64,000 bases of DNA, taken from NCBI GenBank assembly GCA_033763735.1, contig JANRJY010000025.1, positions 9,917-73,916 on the forward strand, in the 5' to 3' direction. Numbering within the stretch: the stretch's first letter is position 1; each line of letters opens with the position of its first letter. Shown here one piece after another: positions 16,592-27,339 of the stretch. The position numbers and the translations under genes are program-made. The DNA is from Bacteroidota bacterium (GTDB taxonomy: Bacteria; Bacteroidota; Bacteroidia; Cytophagales; UBA9547). Under the pieces are notes generated by a model, which did not search any database, had not been told where the DNA came from, and worked only from the letters and a program-made list of their open reading frames with translations.

Positions 16592-19273
16592 ATGAATTCG
16601 AGGGAGATACGTGAACAATTTCTTACATTTTTTAAATCAAAACAACATACCATAGTTGCTTCTGCACCTTTGGTTATTAAAAACGACCCTACACTAATGT
16701 TCACTAATGCAGGGATGAATCAGTTTAAAGATTTTTTTTTAGGGAATAAAAAACCAATTGACAAACGTGTAGCTGATACACAAAAATGCCTTCGCGTTTC
16801 CGGTAAACACAATGATCTTGAGGATGTTGGGTTTGACACATATCATCACACCATGTTTGAAATGCTCGGTAATTGGTCGTTTGGTGATTATTTCAAAAAT
16901 GAAGCCATTTCATGGGCTTGGGAATTACTGACTGATGTGTACAAACTACCCAAAGAACGTTTGTATGTAACTGTATTTGAAGGCGATACAAAAGAAGGAC
17001 TGGAATTTGATCAAGAAGCTTATAATATATGGTCAAAGTTTGTTGAACCCGGACGAATACTAAAAGGAAACAAAAAAGATAACTTTTGGGAAATGGGTGA
17101 TCAGGGACCTTGTGGCCCTTGTTCTGAAATCCATATTGACTTACGCCCTCAAAGTGAAATTGATAAAGTTCCTGGAAAAGACAGGGTAAACAATGACGAC
17201 CCTCAGGTAATTGAAATATGGAACAATGTATTTATACAATATAATCGTAAAGCGGATGGCTCGCTTGAACCATTACCTGATAAACATGTGGATACAGGAA
17301 TGGGGTTTGAACGTTTGGTCAGAGTCATTCAAGGCAAAAGCTCCAATTATGACACCGATTTATTTCAATATTTAATCAATTTTCTTGAAACTGAATCCGG
17401 CATTAAATACCAAACTGAAGACAGCAAACCTATAGGAGCAAAAGGAACAAGTACTGATAAAAAAACTGACATAGCTATGCGTGTGGTGGCTGACCATGTA
17501 AGGGCTGTATCGTTTGCTATTGCAGACGGACAATTGCCATCAAATGCAAAAGCTGGATATGTAATAAGGCGTATTTTGCGAAGAGCCATTCGATATGGAT
17601 ATACTTATTTGGGATTCAAAGAACCTTTTGTTTATAAATTAGTTGCTGTACTTGCCAAACAATTTGATGGCGTATTTCCTGAACTTATTGCCCAAGAAGC
17701 TTTTGTTGCTAATGTTATCAAAGAAGAAGAGGCTTCGTTTTTAAGGACATTAGATAATGGAATAAAGCTAATTGATACGGCAATTAAAAATCAAACCAAT
17801 TCAAAAGTGATTGATGGAAAAACGGTATTTGAGCTATATGATACGTATGGTTTTCCTGTGGACTTGACTTCATTAATTGCCAGAGAAAATGGATTTTCGG
17901 TGGATGAAACGGGTTTTCAAAAGGAAATGGAAATCCAAAAGGAAAGATCTAGAAATGCTGCCTCTCAAGAAACAGGTGATTGGATAATTGTAAATGAAGC
18001 AGATAAAGTTGATTTTGTTGGTTATGATCAATTGGAAACCACTTCGCAAATTGTCAAATACAGATCTGTAAAATTAAAAGACAAAACAATTTATCAACTA
18101 GTACTTGACAAAACCCCTTTCTATGCTGAAAGTGGAGGACAAGTAGGTGACACTGGTACTTTGACCTTGAATAATGGAAATGTAATTCAAGTGCTCGACA
18201 CGAAAAAAGAAAATGACTTAATTATACATTTTGTTGATAAAGACATATCCAAAATCGATCAACTTGCCAATATCAGCATTATTGCAAAAGTCGATTCCAA
18301 TAAAAGGCTTCTGACTCAAAACAATCATAGCGCTACCCATTTATTGCAATCGGCACTCAGAATAGTATTGGGTAACCATGTGCAACAAAAGGGAAGTTAC
18401 GTTTCAGACCAAATTCTGAGATTTGACTTTGCTCATTTTGCAAAAATGACTGACGAAGAACTGGTACGCACAGAAAGAATCGTTAATGAACATATCCGCC
18501 AAAATATCCCTTTGGATGAAAAAAGAAATATACCCATCAAGCAGGCTCTTGAATATGGTGCTACCGCTTTGTTTGGTGAAAAGTATGGCGATTTCGTTAG
18601 AGTAATAACATTTGATAAGAACTATTCAGTGGAGCTCTGTGGAGGAACACATGTATCTGCTACAGGTAATATTGGATATTTTAAAATCATTTCTGAAAGT
18701 TCGGTAGCTGCTGGGGTTCGTAGAATTGAGGCTGTTACAGCAAACGGTGTTGAAGATTATATCCACACTTTATCAAGTACTATAGAAAAAGCAAATGATT
18801 TGCTTAAAAATCCCAGGGATATCAATCAGGCAATTGAAGCCTTAATACAAGAAAAAGCAGAATTACAGAAGAAATTGAGCGAATTTGAAAGCAATCAATT
18901 GCAAGTCATTAAAAAAGAGCTACTTACAAAAGTCAAAAACCTTGATGGAATTAATTTTATCAATGAAAAAGTAGCCGTAAAAAATGCGGATGCTGTAAAA
19001 ACCCTTGCTTTTGAATTGAAAAATGAAGTTGAAAATTTGTTTTGTGTACTTACAGCTATTACCGATGATAAACCTCACATAGCGGTAATTATTTCTGATA
19101 ATTTGGTAAAAGAAAAAGGTTTTAATGCTTCAAATATTGTTAGAGAATTGGCCAAAGAAATTCAAGGTGGTGGAGGTGGTCAACCGTTTTTTGCAACAGC
19201 TGGAGGAAAAGATATTAATGGACTCGAACGTGTATTTATTAGAGCTTCTGATTACTTAAAAGTACTTGCGTAA
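16592..19273 (+). CDS. alaS: Alanine--tRNA ligase
   Basis: 893 aa. FTNAGMNQFKD, the editing-domain motifs HSATHLL and CGGTHV, and a C-terminal DHHA1-like GGGGQPFFATAGG. Confidence 0.97.
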   Translation: MNSREIREQFLTFFKSKQHTIVASAPLVIKNDPTLMFTNAGMNQFKDFFLGNKKPIDKRVADTQKCLRVSGKHNDLEDVGFDTYHHTMFEMLGNWSFGDYFKNEAISWAWELLTDVYKLPKERLYVTVFEGDTKEGLEFDQEAYNIWSKFVEPGRILKGNKKDNFWEMGDQGPCGPCSEIHIDLRPQSEIDKVPGKDRVNNDDPQVIEIWNNVFIQYNRKADGSLEPLPDKHVDTGMGFERLVRVIQGKSSNYDTDLFQYLINFLETESGIKYQTEDSKPIGAKGTSTDKKTDIAMRVVADHVRAVSFAIADGQLPSNAKAGYVIRRILRRAIRYGYTYLGFKEPFVYKLVAVLAKQFDGVFPELIAQEAFVANVIKEEEASFLRTLDNGIKLIDTAIKNQTNSKVIDGKTVFELYDTYGFPVDLTSLIARENGFSVDETGFQKEMEIQKERSRNAASQETGDWIIVNEADKVDFVGYDQLETTSQIVKYRSVKLKDKTIYQLVLDKTPFYAESGGQVGDTGTLTLNNGNVIQVLDTKKENDLIIHFVDKDISKIDQLANISIIAKVDSNKRLLTQNNHSATHLLQSALRIVLGNHVQQKGSYVSDQILRFDFAHFAKMTDEELVRTERIVNEHIRQNIPLDEKRNIPIKQALEYGATALFGEKYGDFVRVITFDKNYSVELCGGTHVSATGNIGYFKIISESSVAAGVRRIEAVTANGVEDYIHTLSSTIEKANDLLKNPRDINQAIEALIQEKAELQKKLSEFESNQLQVIKKELLTKVKNLDGINFINEKVAVKNADAVKTLAFELKNEVENLFCVLTAITDDKPHIAVIISDNLVKEKGFNASNIVRELAKEIQGGGGGQPFFATAGGKDINGLERVFIRASDYLKVLA

Positions 19274-19282
19274 CCTAAATCC

Positions 19283-19804
19283 ATGAGCAAATACAATAAA
19301 AAATTATCCTATGGCGCAAACAATACCGTAATTGCTTTGGATGATTATTTTGTGGCAAAAATATATGAAGGAGATACGCGCTCTGATATAGGTTCAGAAG
19401 CTGAAAAAATGAAGTATGCTAACAAAATAAATGATTTGGTTGTAAAATTTGAAAGACTTGATTATGATACAACCAACAATTGGGATATGTTAGTAATGGA
19501 ACGTATTTATCCATTAGATTTTCGTGGTATAGATGTGGAAAAAAGACAATTAATTTTATCTGTTTTCATAGATGAATTAAAACAACTACATACCAATGGA
19601 TTTGTGCACAGGGATATTTGTCGACCTTCAAATATCCCTGGTGAAAAGTTTGACAATATTATGCTCACCAAAGAAGGATTACGATTAATTGATGTGGGAA
19701 TATCTGCAATAAAAGAACAGGTGGGTGATAAACTATTTGAAAAGTATGTTGAAAATGAACTTGCCGAGGTAAAAATATTTGAAGAATATTTTATTAATAG
19801 GTAA
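19283..19804 (+). CDS. Minimal protein-kinase-like (Bud32/RIO-like) protein, 173 aa
   Basis: YGANNTVIALDDYFVAKIY (Gly-rich loop plus VAK lysine), SEAEKMKYA (helix C Glu), the catalytic loop FVHRDICRPSN, and LIDVG in the DFG position. It starts 9 nt after the alaS stop. Confidence 0.55.
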   Translation: MSKYNKKLSYGANNTVIALDDYFVAKIYEGDTRSDIGSEAEKMKYANKINDLVVKFERLDYDTTNNWDMLVMERIYPLDFRGIDVEKRQLILSVFIDELKQLHTNGFVHRDICRPSNIPGEKFDNIMLTKEGLRLIDVGISAIKEQVGDKLFEKYVENELAEVKIFEEYFINR

Positions 19805-20095
19805 ATGAATAAAAAAGAGATTCTGCAAAAAATATCTGAAAATAAACCATTTTTATTGCAAAGCTTTTCTGTAATTGAAATAGGGTTATTTGGTTCATAT
19901 ATTCGGAATGAACAAACCAGTAATAGCGTAATAGATATTCTTGTTGATTTCAATCAAAAAGTTGATTTTTTTAAATTTCTGGAATTGGAAGAATACTTAC
20001 AAAATTTGTTAGGAAATAAAGTTGATTTAGTTCCTAAAAAAAATCTAAAACCTGTAATTGGTAAAATAATACTTTCTGAAGTTGAATACATATGA
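19805..20095 (+). CDS. MNT-type nucleotidyltransferase domain protein (MntA-like) with a degenerate active-site motif
   Basis: GLFGSYIRNEQTSNSVIDILVDF aligns by eye to GSxxRGxxxxxSDxDxxV, but with N in place of G and V in place of the first Asp. The ATG directly follows the upstream TAA (TAAATG). Confidence 0.65.
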   Translation: MNKKEILQKISENKPFLLQSFSVIEIGLFGSYIRNEQTSNSVIDILVDFNQKVDFFKFLELEEYLQNLLGNKVDLVPKKNLKPVIGKIILSEVEYI

Positions 20096-20195
20096 GTAGA
20101 AAAATAAACCTTACGGAATAAAAATATTAATAAATCAAATCAATTTGAATATTATAATTCAAAATTTAACATTCAACATTTATCATTTCTAAGTA

Positions 20196-21194
20196 ATGAC
20201 TTCAAAAAAAATACTCATCACAGGTGGTGCCGGATATATTGGATCGCACACTGTTCGTCTTTTAGCTGAAAAAGGATACAGTCTCATTGTACTTGACAAT
20301 TTGGTATATGGACATCGTGAATCCATTATCAATCCTGAAGTAGAACTAATCGTTGGAGACTTGGGTGACAAAGATTTGACCGGACGATTATTTGAGTACA
20401 ATGACATTGAAGCGGTTATTCACTTTGCAGCATATGCCTATGTGGGAGAGTCAGTTACTGAACCGGAAAAATATTATTTCAACAATATTGTAGCACCATT
20501 GAACTTGCTTCATGTGATGAAAAAATATGGTTGCAAAAACTTTATATTTTCCTCAACCTGTGCTACTTATGGCAATCCACAATACACTCCATTAGACGAA
20601 AAACATCCACAAAAACCAATCAATCCATACGGCACCAGCAAATTCATGCTAGAACTAATACTTAGGGACTATGCTCATGCATATGGCTTTAAATATGCCT
20701 TCTTAAGATATTTCAATGCTTCAGGCGCATCACCTGATGGACTTATTGGTGAAGATCACAATCCGGAATCACATTTGATACCACTTATATTAGAGGCAAT
20801 TAATGGTGACCGACCACATATTACTGTTTTTGGTACCGATTACGATACACCTGATGGTACATGCATCAGAGATTATATTCATGTGGATGATCTTGCAACG
20901 GCACATTTGGCTGCATTGGAACATCTTTCAAGTGGTAAAGAATCAATAGTATGTAATTTAGGCACCGGCATAGGTGTATCGGTGAAAGAAATGATTCAGG
21001 TAGTGGAAGAAGTAACCGGCAAAAAAGTTCCCGTAGTATATGGAGATCGTAGAGCAGGAGACCCACCATATTTGTTTGCAAACCCTGCAGCAGCCAAGGA
21101 ATTATTGGGTTGGGAAGCCAAATATAAAGATGTAAAAGAAACGGTGGCCCACGCTTGGAAATGGAAAACAGGCCCAAAAGGAGGTCATTTTTGA
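20196..21194 (+). CDS. galE: UDP-glucose 4-epimerase
   Basis: [20 protein letters not shown] and YGTSKFMLE (YxxxK), with GalE-like length and sequence. Confidence 0.85.
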   Translation: MTSKKILITGGAGYIGSHTVRLLAEKGYSLIVLDNLVYGHRESIINPEVELIVGDLGDKDLTGRLFEYNDIEAVIHFAAYAYVGESVTEPEKYYFNNIVAPLNLLHVMKKYGCKNFIFSSTCATYGNPQYTPLDEKHPQKPINPYGTSKFMLELILRDYAHAYGFKYAFLRYFNASGASPDGLIGEDHNPESHLIPLILEAINGDRPHITVFGTDYDTPDGTCIRDYIHVDDLATAHLAALEHLSSGKESIVCNLGTGIGVSVKEMIQVVEEVTGKKVPVVYGDRRAGDPPYLFANPAAAKELLGWEAKYKDVKETVAHAWKWKTGPKGGHF

Positions 21195-21236
21195 TAATTC
21201 ATCGGAAATATTTTATAAATTCGTTTATGATAAAAT

Positions 21237-21821
21237 ATGTCTGAAAAAATAACTTCGTTGTCGCAGCTTGATTTGAACAAGCAATACACTTATGCAGACT
21301 ACCTCAATTGGTGGTTTGATGAGCGTGTGGAATTAATTAAGGGATTCATAAAAAAAATGTCCCACGATCCAAATAATATTCACCAAAGAGTAAGTGCAAA
21401 TTTGTCTATTGAAATTGGCAGATTCCTAAAAAAGCAAAAATGCCAATTACGGTTTGCGCCTTTTGATGTTAGACTTACTCGAAAACTTAATGACCGAGAA
21501 GTAACAACGGTAGTGCAACCTGACATTTGCATCATTTGTAATCCCGAACTATTAGATGAAAAAGGATGTAATGATGCACCCGACATGATTATTGAAATTT
21601 TATCAGAGTCAAACAGAAAACACGATTTGGTTACCAAATTTCAGCTATATGAAGAAGCTGGAGTAAGTGAATACTGGATAGCCTACCCTTTGGATTGCAT
21701 GATTGAGGTGTATTTATTGAAAAATGGCAAATATTATTTGGATAAAAAATACATTGAAGATGACATTGCACCTGTTTTTACGATTCCGGGGTTAAAAATT
21801 GATTTGAAGGATATTTTTTAA
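21237..21821 (+). CDS. Uma2 family (DUF820) PD-(D/E)xK endonuclease-like protein
   Basis: VVQPDICII...APDMIIEILSESNRKHDLVTKFQLYEEAGVSEYWIAYP matches the Uma2 core layout. Confidence 0.75.
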   Translation: MSEKITSLSQLDLNKQYTYADYLNWWFDERVELIKGFIKKMSHDPNNIHQRVSANLSIEIGRFLKKQKCQLRFAPFDVRLTRKLNDREVTTVVQPDICIICNPELLDEKGCNDAPDMIIEILSESNRKHDLVTKFQLYEEAGVSEYWIAYPLDCMIEVYLLKNGKYYLDKKYIEDDIAPVFTIPGLKIDLKDIF

Positions 21822-21852
21822 TAGAAACTTTAAAATTCAAATAATAAATTAA

Positions 21853-22899
21853 CTACCCCATCACCCACAATTTCCATACGGCCGATATAAAAATTAAAAG
21901 TAATGAAGCCGGAGTAAGAACTTTCCAACCTATGTACATCAGTTGATCAATCCTTACCCTTGGGAAAGTCCATCGAATCCAAATTTGAATTAAGAGAAAT
22001 ATCATTGCTTTTAACACCAGCCAAAAGCCACTTAACAGATATCCACTAAAGGTTCCGGGTATTCCATTTGTCCAATCAAAAAGCGAAATATTACCTATGT
22101 TTGGTAATGGTGAATTCCACCCTCCAAAAAATATTATGGCACCAACAATACTTACTAAAATCATAAGGGCATATTCTGCCAAAAAGAAAATAGCAAATCT
22201 AAATCCCGAATATTCCACATGAAAACCTGCTACTAGTTCACTTTCAGCTTCGGGTATATCAAAAGGCGCTCTGTTGCACTCTGCCAATGAAGAAATAAAA
22301 AAAATAATCCATGCTATAAATAAATGTGGTGCCTTAATGACATTCCAAGATAAAAATCCCCCAGAAACGAAAGTATTTGAACTATTTGATTGAAAGACAC
22401 TTATTTCTGACAAATCAAGTGTTTCAGTAATCATTATTACAGATAATACACTGAAACCAAGGGGGATTTCATAAGATATAATCTGGGCAACTGATCGCAT
22501 GGATCCAAAAAGTGCATATTTATTATTAGAAGCCCAACCTGCAATTAATAACCCAATAATATCTAGGCTTACAATTGCCATCATAAAAAACACACCTGTA
22601 GAAATACTTGCACCTTTTAATCCATTGCAAAGTGGAACTACTGCAAACCCTGTAAATACAGATGCCAAAATTAAGTATGGTGCAATTTTGAATAAAAATG
22701 GGTCAGCCGCACTTGGAACTATGTCTTCTTTTTGGAATAATTTTATCAAATCGGCCACTGGTTGTAATATGCCCCACTTTCCTACATGTGTTGGTCCTAA
22801 TCTGTCTTGAATGAAAGATGCTATTTTTCTTTCAGCATAAAAAACTATGAGAACTGTAATCAGAATAAAGACAAGATAAATAACTGGTATCCAAGGCAT
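21853..22899 (-). CDS. nuoH: NADH-quinone oxidoreductase subunit H
   Basis: YAERKIASFIQDRLGPTHVGKWGILQPVADLIKLF, ECNRAPFDIPEAESELVAGFHVEYSG and FLAEY are canonical NuoH/ND1 motifs. Confidence 0.9.
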   Translation of the reverse strand: MPWIPVIYLVFILITVLIVFYAERKIASFIQDRLGPTHVGKWGILQPVADLIKLFQKEDIVPSAADPFLFKIAPYLILASVFTGFAVVPLCNGLKGASISTGVFFMMAIVSLDIIGLLIAGWASNNKYALFGSMRSVAQIISYEIPLGFSVLSVIMITETLDLSEISVFQSNSSNTFVSGGFLSWNVIKAPHLFIAWIIFFISSLAECNRAPFDIPEAESELVAGFHVEYSGFRFAIFFLAEYALMILVSIVGAIIFFGGWNSPLPNIGNISLFDWTNGIPGTFSGYLLSGFWLVLKAMIFLLIQIWIRWTFPRVRIDQLMYIGWKVLTPASLLLIFISAVWKLWVMG

Positions 22900-22902
22900 A
22901 AA

Positions 22903-23652
22903 TTAATTATCTACCAAATCATCTTTGAAATAATGAAGAATTGAATTTTGAATAAGATGATCATCTTCTAATACTTTTTCTAAAGGAATTCTAAAGTAAT
23001 ATTCCACACCTGCAGCATCAGTAAGATAAAAGGTATATTCCATCTTAACAGTTCCATCTGGCAAATATATTTTTTCTTTTCTAGCGAAATTACGTGCTTC
23101 AAAAGCAGCCAGTTCCTTTTCAAAACCATTATTTTTCAAATCTTCATATAATATCTTGCAAATGGGTTGATTGATTGCATTAAAACTAAACTCGGCAGGT
23201 ATAAACAAAGTGACCGACTGCATTTTATAAGTCTTTGAATTTCGCTCAATATCCAAATTAATACTATCGTTCAACTCAATACCTACCAATTTAATATTCA
23301 AAATATCAGATTCACTTACTTTATTTGAATCTATTTGCTTTTTAAGTCCTTCAGATACAAGATTATACATCACCCTTTTGTAACTAATTTTATTGTTATC
23401 TTCGGAGTAGGCTTGAATTTTACCTTCTCTTATTAAATTGATTACTTTAGGAGTAAAATCTGCATAAATTTCATTGCCCTCTACAGGTACCATCTTACCC
23501 GGATTTATGGTATCCGACCAATCTATTTCATTTACTCTTAAAAACCATGATCCTTGAAACTTTAAAAGATCTGTACCTTTTTCCTTTTTTTGTTTGTCGC
23601 ATGAAATCAAAAGTATAGTAGAAATAACTAATAGAATAAAAATTTTTTTCAT
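22903..23652 (-). CDS. Hypothetical lipoprotein
   Basis: MKKIFILLVISTILLISC lipobox-like signal. The stop codon lies 3 nt upstream of the nuoH start codon on the same strand. Function unknown. Confidence 0.55.
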   Translation of the reverse strand: MKKIFILLVISTILLISCDKQKKEKGTDLLKFQGSWFLRVNEIDWSDTINPGKMVPVEGNEIYADFTPKVINLIREGKIQAYSEDNNKISYKRVMYNLVSEGLKKQIDSNKVSESDILNIKLVGIELNDSINLDIERNSKTYKMQSVTLFIPAEFSFNAINQPICKILYEDLKNNGFEKELAAFEARNFARKEKIYLPDGTVKMEYTFYLTDAAGVEYYFRIPLEKVLEDDHLIQNSILHYFKDDLVDN

Positions 23653-23729
23653 TAGAAAAGAGTTAAAATATGCCGTTTTTATACAAAAGATTATGCTAAA
23701 TAAGCGATTTTTTTAAAATTTAAATCTAA

Positions 23730-23771
23730 AATCTCTATGAGAATAACTAAACCATATTCTTTGAAGAGATT
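23730..23771 (-). terminator. Putative terminator hairpin after gcvP
   Basis: AATCTCT..GAGAATA / TATTCTt..AGAGATT imperfect inverted repeat just 3' of the gcvP stop, followed on the minus strand by T-rich sequence. Confidence 0.4.
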
Positions 23772-23782
23772 ATAGAATATTA

Positions 23783-26644
23783 TTATGCAAATGCTTCAAT
23801 TGGTATGCAACTGCAAACCAAATTTCTATCACCAAAGGCACCATCTATTCTGCTAACTGTAGGCCAAAATTTTGATTCTCTAACAAAAGACAAAGGGAAT
23901 GCAGCTTTGTTTCTACTGTATGGATATTCCCAATTATCCGACATAATTACTTCTGCTGTGTGTGGTGCATTTTTTAGTACATTGTTATCTTTTGCAAATA
24001 AACCTTTTTCAATTTCTTCAATTTCAGTTCTGATTTGAATCATTGCGTCACAGAAGCGATCTAATTCATTTTTACTTTCACTTTCTGTAGGTTCTATCAT
24101 TAAAGTTCCTGCAACTGGAAATGAAACAGTAGGCGCATGAAAACCATAATCCATTAATCGTTTGGCAATATCTTCTACTTCAATTCCGGTTTGTGATTTG
24201 AAACTTCGGCAATCAATAATCATTTCATGTGCACATCGTCCATTGCTTCCTGAATATAAAATTGGGAAATGCTTTTCCAATCGTGTTTTGATGTAATTTG
24301 CATTCAAAATGGCATATTTAGTTGAATGAGTAATTCCATTGCTACCCATCATTGCTATATACCCATATGATATTGGCAAAATAGAAGCACTAGCGTAAGG
24401 TGCTGCAGACACAGCCCCTTTAGTTCCTTGAATATAATGACCGGGCAAAAATGGTACTAAATGCTTGGCAACTCCAATTGGTCCCATACCTGGACCACCA
24501 CCTCCATGAGGAATGCAAAATGTTTTGTGCAAATTCAAATGGCAAACATCAGCGCCTATAAATCCAGGAGCAGTTAGACCCACCTGAGCATTCATATTAG
24601 CCCCATCCATGTATACTTGTCCGCCATTATCATGAATTATTTTGCAAATTTCTTTAATTCCTTCTTCAAAAACACCGTGTGTTGAAGGATAAGTGACCAT
24701 TAAGCATGCCAAATTTTCTTTATGTTTCTCTGCATGAAGTTTAAGGTCTTCGATATCAACATTTCCTTTTTCATCGCATTTAGTCACAACTACTTGCATG
24801 CCAGCCATAACCGCACTTGCCGGATTAGTACCATGAGCCGATGAAGGAATTAACGCGATTTTTCTGTGTCCTTCTCCTTTGTTGATTAAATAATTACGAA
24901 TTACCATCAAACCTGCATATTCACCCTGTGCTCCTGAATTAGGTTGTAAACTAACTCCGGCAAAACCTGTAATTTCAGCAAGCCAATTTTGTAAGGTGTC
25001 GAATAATTGATGGTAACCTAAAGTTTGTTCCTTTGGTGCAAAGGGATGCAATTGTCCAAATTCAGGCCATGTAACCGGTATCATTTCTGTGGTTGCATTT
25101 AATTTCATAGTACAAGATCCTAATGAAATCATGGAATGAACCATTGATAAGTCTTTGTTTTCCAATCGTTTCATATATCGAAGCATTTCATGTTCGGTAT
25201 GATAACTATTGAAAACAGGATGCGTCATGAAATCGGTATGCCTTGCCAATCCTTTGGGAAATGAATTATCTTTATTTGTAAATTGAAAGTTTGAAGCAGG
25301 TTTTCCAACAGATTTAGCTAACACATCTATTATCGCTTTTATGTCATCGTTGTCGACCGTTTCGTCTAAAGCTATCTGAAATTGATTATTTGTATAATAA
25401 AAATTAATTTCTTGTTGTTGTGCATTCCTTTTTATGGTGTCTAATAACTCGTTTGATTTTACTTCATAAGTTAAAGTATCAAAAAAACTGCCATTTTTAT
25501 TATTGTATCCTAATCCAACTAATGTTTCATTAAGTTGAACGGCAAAGTTGTGAATTCGATTTGCTATTCGTTTTACACCATTTGGGCCATGATATACAGC
25601 ATACATTCCAGCCATTACAGATAATAGCACCTGTGCAGTGCAAATATTTGATGTTGCTTTTTCTCTCCTAATATGTTGTTCTCGGGTTTGCAAAGCCATT
25701 CGGTAGGCTTTTTTACCTTTTGCATCAACAGAAACACCAATAATTCTCCCGGGTATATTTCTTTTGTAAATATCTTTTGTGGCGAAAAAAGCAGCATGTG
25801 GCCCCCCAAAACCCATAGGAACGCCAAATCGTTGAGAAGAACCAAAAGCAATATCAGCCCCCATTTCACCGGGAGGGGTAAGTAATGTTAAAGCCATCAA
25901 ATCAGTAGCTACAGCCACAAGAACATTGTTTTCTTTTGCTGAAGCAATTAAACTTGAATAATCTTGTACATTACCCTCACAATCAGGATATTGAAGCAAT
26001 ATACCATACAAATTTGGGTTGGTTAAATCAAGTTTATCCAAAGAATTAATTTGTAAATTTATATCCAAAGGAGCAGCTCTTGTTTCGAGTACATCTATAG
26101 TTTGAGGAAATACTTTGTCCGAAACAAAAAAAGTATGTGCATTTTGCTTGCTTGAACCACGTAAACCATGCAACATGGTCATAGCTTCTGCTCCTGCAGT
26201 TGCTTCATCGAGCAATGATGCATTGGCTATTTCCATACCGGTAAGGTCCATTACCATCGTTTGATAATTGATTAATGCTTCAAGCCTACCTTGCGCAATT
26301 TCTGCCTGATAAGGCGTGTAAGCGGTATACCATCCCGGATTTTCTAAAATATTACGCAAAATAACCGGTGGCGTAATCGTATTGTAGTACCCCAATCCAA
26401 TATAGGTTTTCCATAGCTGATTTTTATTTGCAATAGCTTTGATGTCTTTTAAATATTCAAATTCTGTTTTAGGTTCTACAAAAGAAAGTGATTTTGGTAA
26501 TCTGATTCCTTGTGGAACTGTTTGACTGATAAGTGTTTCCAATGAATCTACACCAATTTGTTGAAGCATTTGACTTAATTCGGTACTATTGCTGCTAATA
26601 TGGCGATCAATAAATGGCGTTTGGGATAAATTAAAAGAACCCAT
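23783..26644 (-). CDS. gcvP: Glycine dehydrogenase (decarboxylating), glycine cleavage P protein
   Basis: 953 aa single-chain P protein with the PLP site [18 protein letters not shown]. Overall typical GcvP. Confidence 0.95.
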   Translation of the reverse strand: MGSFNLSQTPFIDRHISSNSTELSQMLQQIGVDSLETLISQTVPQGIRLPKSLSFVEPKTEFEYLKDIKAIANKNQLWKTYIGLGYYNTITPPVILRNILENPGWYTAYTPYQAEIAQGRLEALINYQTMVMDLTGMEIANASLLDEATAGAEAMTMLHGLRGSSKQNAHTFFVSDKVFPQTIDVLETRAAPLDINLQINSLDKLDLTNPNLYGILLQYPDCEGNVQDYSSLIASAKENNVLVAVATDLMALTLLTPPGEMGADIAFGSSQRFGVPMGFGGPHAAFFATKDIYKRNIPGRIIGVSVDAKGKKAYRMALQTREQHIRREKATSNICTAQVLLSVMAGMYAVYHGPNGVKRIANRIHNFAVQLNETLVGLGYNNKNGSFFDTLTYEVKSNELLDTIKRNAQQQEINFYYTNNQFQIALDETVDNDDIKAIIDVLAKSVGKPASNFQFTNKDNSFPKGLARHTDFMTHPVFNSYHTEHEMLRYMKRLENKDLSMVHSMISLGSCTMKLNATTEMIPVTWPEFGQLHPFAPKEQTLGYHQLFDTLQNWLAEITGFAGVSLQPNSGAQGEYAGLMVIRNYLINKGEGHRKIALIPSSAHGTNPASAVMAGMQVVVTKCDEKGNVDIEDLKLHAEKHKENLACLMVTYPSTHGVFEEGIKEICKIIHDNGGQVYMDGANMNAQVGLTAPGFIGADVCHLNLHKTFCIPHGGGGPGMGPIGVAKHLVPFLPGHYIQGTKGAVSAAPYASASILPISYGYIAMMGSNGITHSTKYAILNANYIKTRLEKHFPILYSGSNGRCAHEMIIDCRSFKSQTGIEVEDIAKRLMDYGFHAPTVSFPVAGTLMIEPTESESKNELDRFCDAMIQIRTEIEEIEKGLFAKDNNVLKNAPHTAEVIMSDNWEYPYSRNKAAFPLSFVRESKFWPTVSRIDGAFGDRNLVCSCIPIEAFA

Positions 26645-26761
26645 AAATAATTTGATGGTTAAATAATTGTTAATTCTTACAAAATAAGTAAATTATTAAT
26701 GCCAATGTTTCAATTGTGGATAAAATCAAAATCATAAAAACTGTAAATATTATAGTTTAAA

Positions 26762-27319
26762 ATGCAAGAACCTGATTTACAATACATACCAAACTTTATT
26801 GATGCAAAAAAATCTGATGAATTATTCCAAAAATTCAAAGAAAATATTCATTGGAATCATGAACAAATTACACTCTTTGGGAAGAAAATATTTGAACCTC
26901 GATTAACCGCATGGTTTGGCTCTAAAAGTTATAAATATTCTGGCAAAAATATGCAACCTCAAAGCCTCAATTCTGATTTGGAATGGATTATTCAAAAGAT
27001 AAATTCTGATGTAGGGCTTGAATTTAACACCGTACTATTGAATTATTACAGAAATGGCACTGATAGTATGGGTTGGCATAGTGATGATGAAAAGGAATTG
27101 GGCCCTTCTCCAATAATAGCATCCATTAGCATGGGTGCAGAAAGGACTATTCACTTTCGATTGAAAGAAAATCACAAGATTGTTAAAAAATGTTTACTTC
27201 ATCACGGTAGTTTATTAATTATGAAAGGCAATACACAACTACTTTGGCAACATGCCTTACCTAAAGTCAAAAATTTAGAACAACCTCGTATTAATTTGAC
27301 ATTTAGAAAAATAAATTGA
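26762..27319 (+). CDS. alkB: Fe(II)/2-oxoglutarate-dependent dioxygenase, AlkB-like
   Basis: GWHSDDE (HxD), a distal His in WQHALPK, and RINLTFRKI. Confidence 0.8.
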   Translation: MQEPDLQYIPNFIDAKKSDELFQKFKENIHWNHEQITLFGKKIFEPRLTAWFGSKSYKYSGKNMQPQSLNSDLEWIIQKINSDVGLEFNTVLLNYYRNGTDSMGWHSDDEKELGPSPIIASISMGAERTIHFRLKENHKIVKKCLLHHGSLLIMKGNTQLLWQHALPKVKNLEQPRINLTFRKIN

Positions 27320-27339
27320 AAAGTATCTGAAAAAAATAT

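Noticed and set aside
20093-20122. 9-codon ORF (MSRKINLTE) overlapping the MNT stop via ATGA, considered as a remnant of a deleted HEPN toxin gene
   Set aside because: It is too short to show any HEPN (Rx4-6H) similarity, and the downstream sequence has no further HEPN-like reading frame. It is mentioned only as context in the kinase/MNT finding.
26645-26761. Possible glycine riboswitch upstream of gcvP
   Set aside because: Reading the minus-strand leader shows only AT-rich sequence, with none of the conserved GGAGAG/CACCG-type glycine riboswitch cores or paired aptamer helices.
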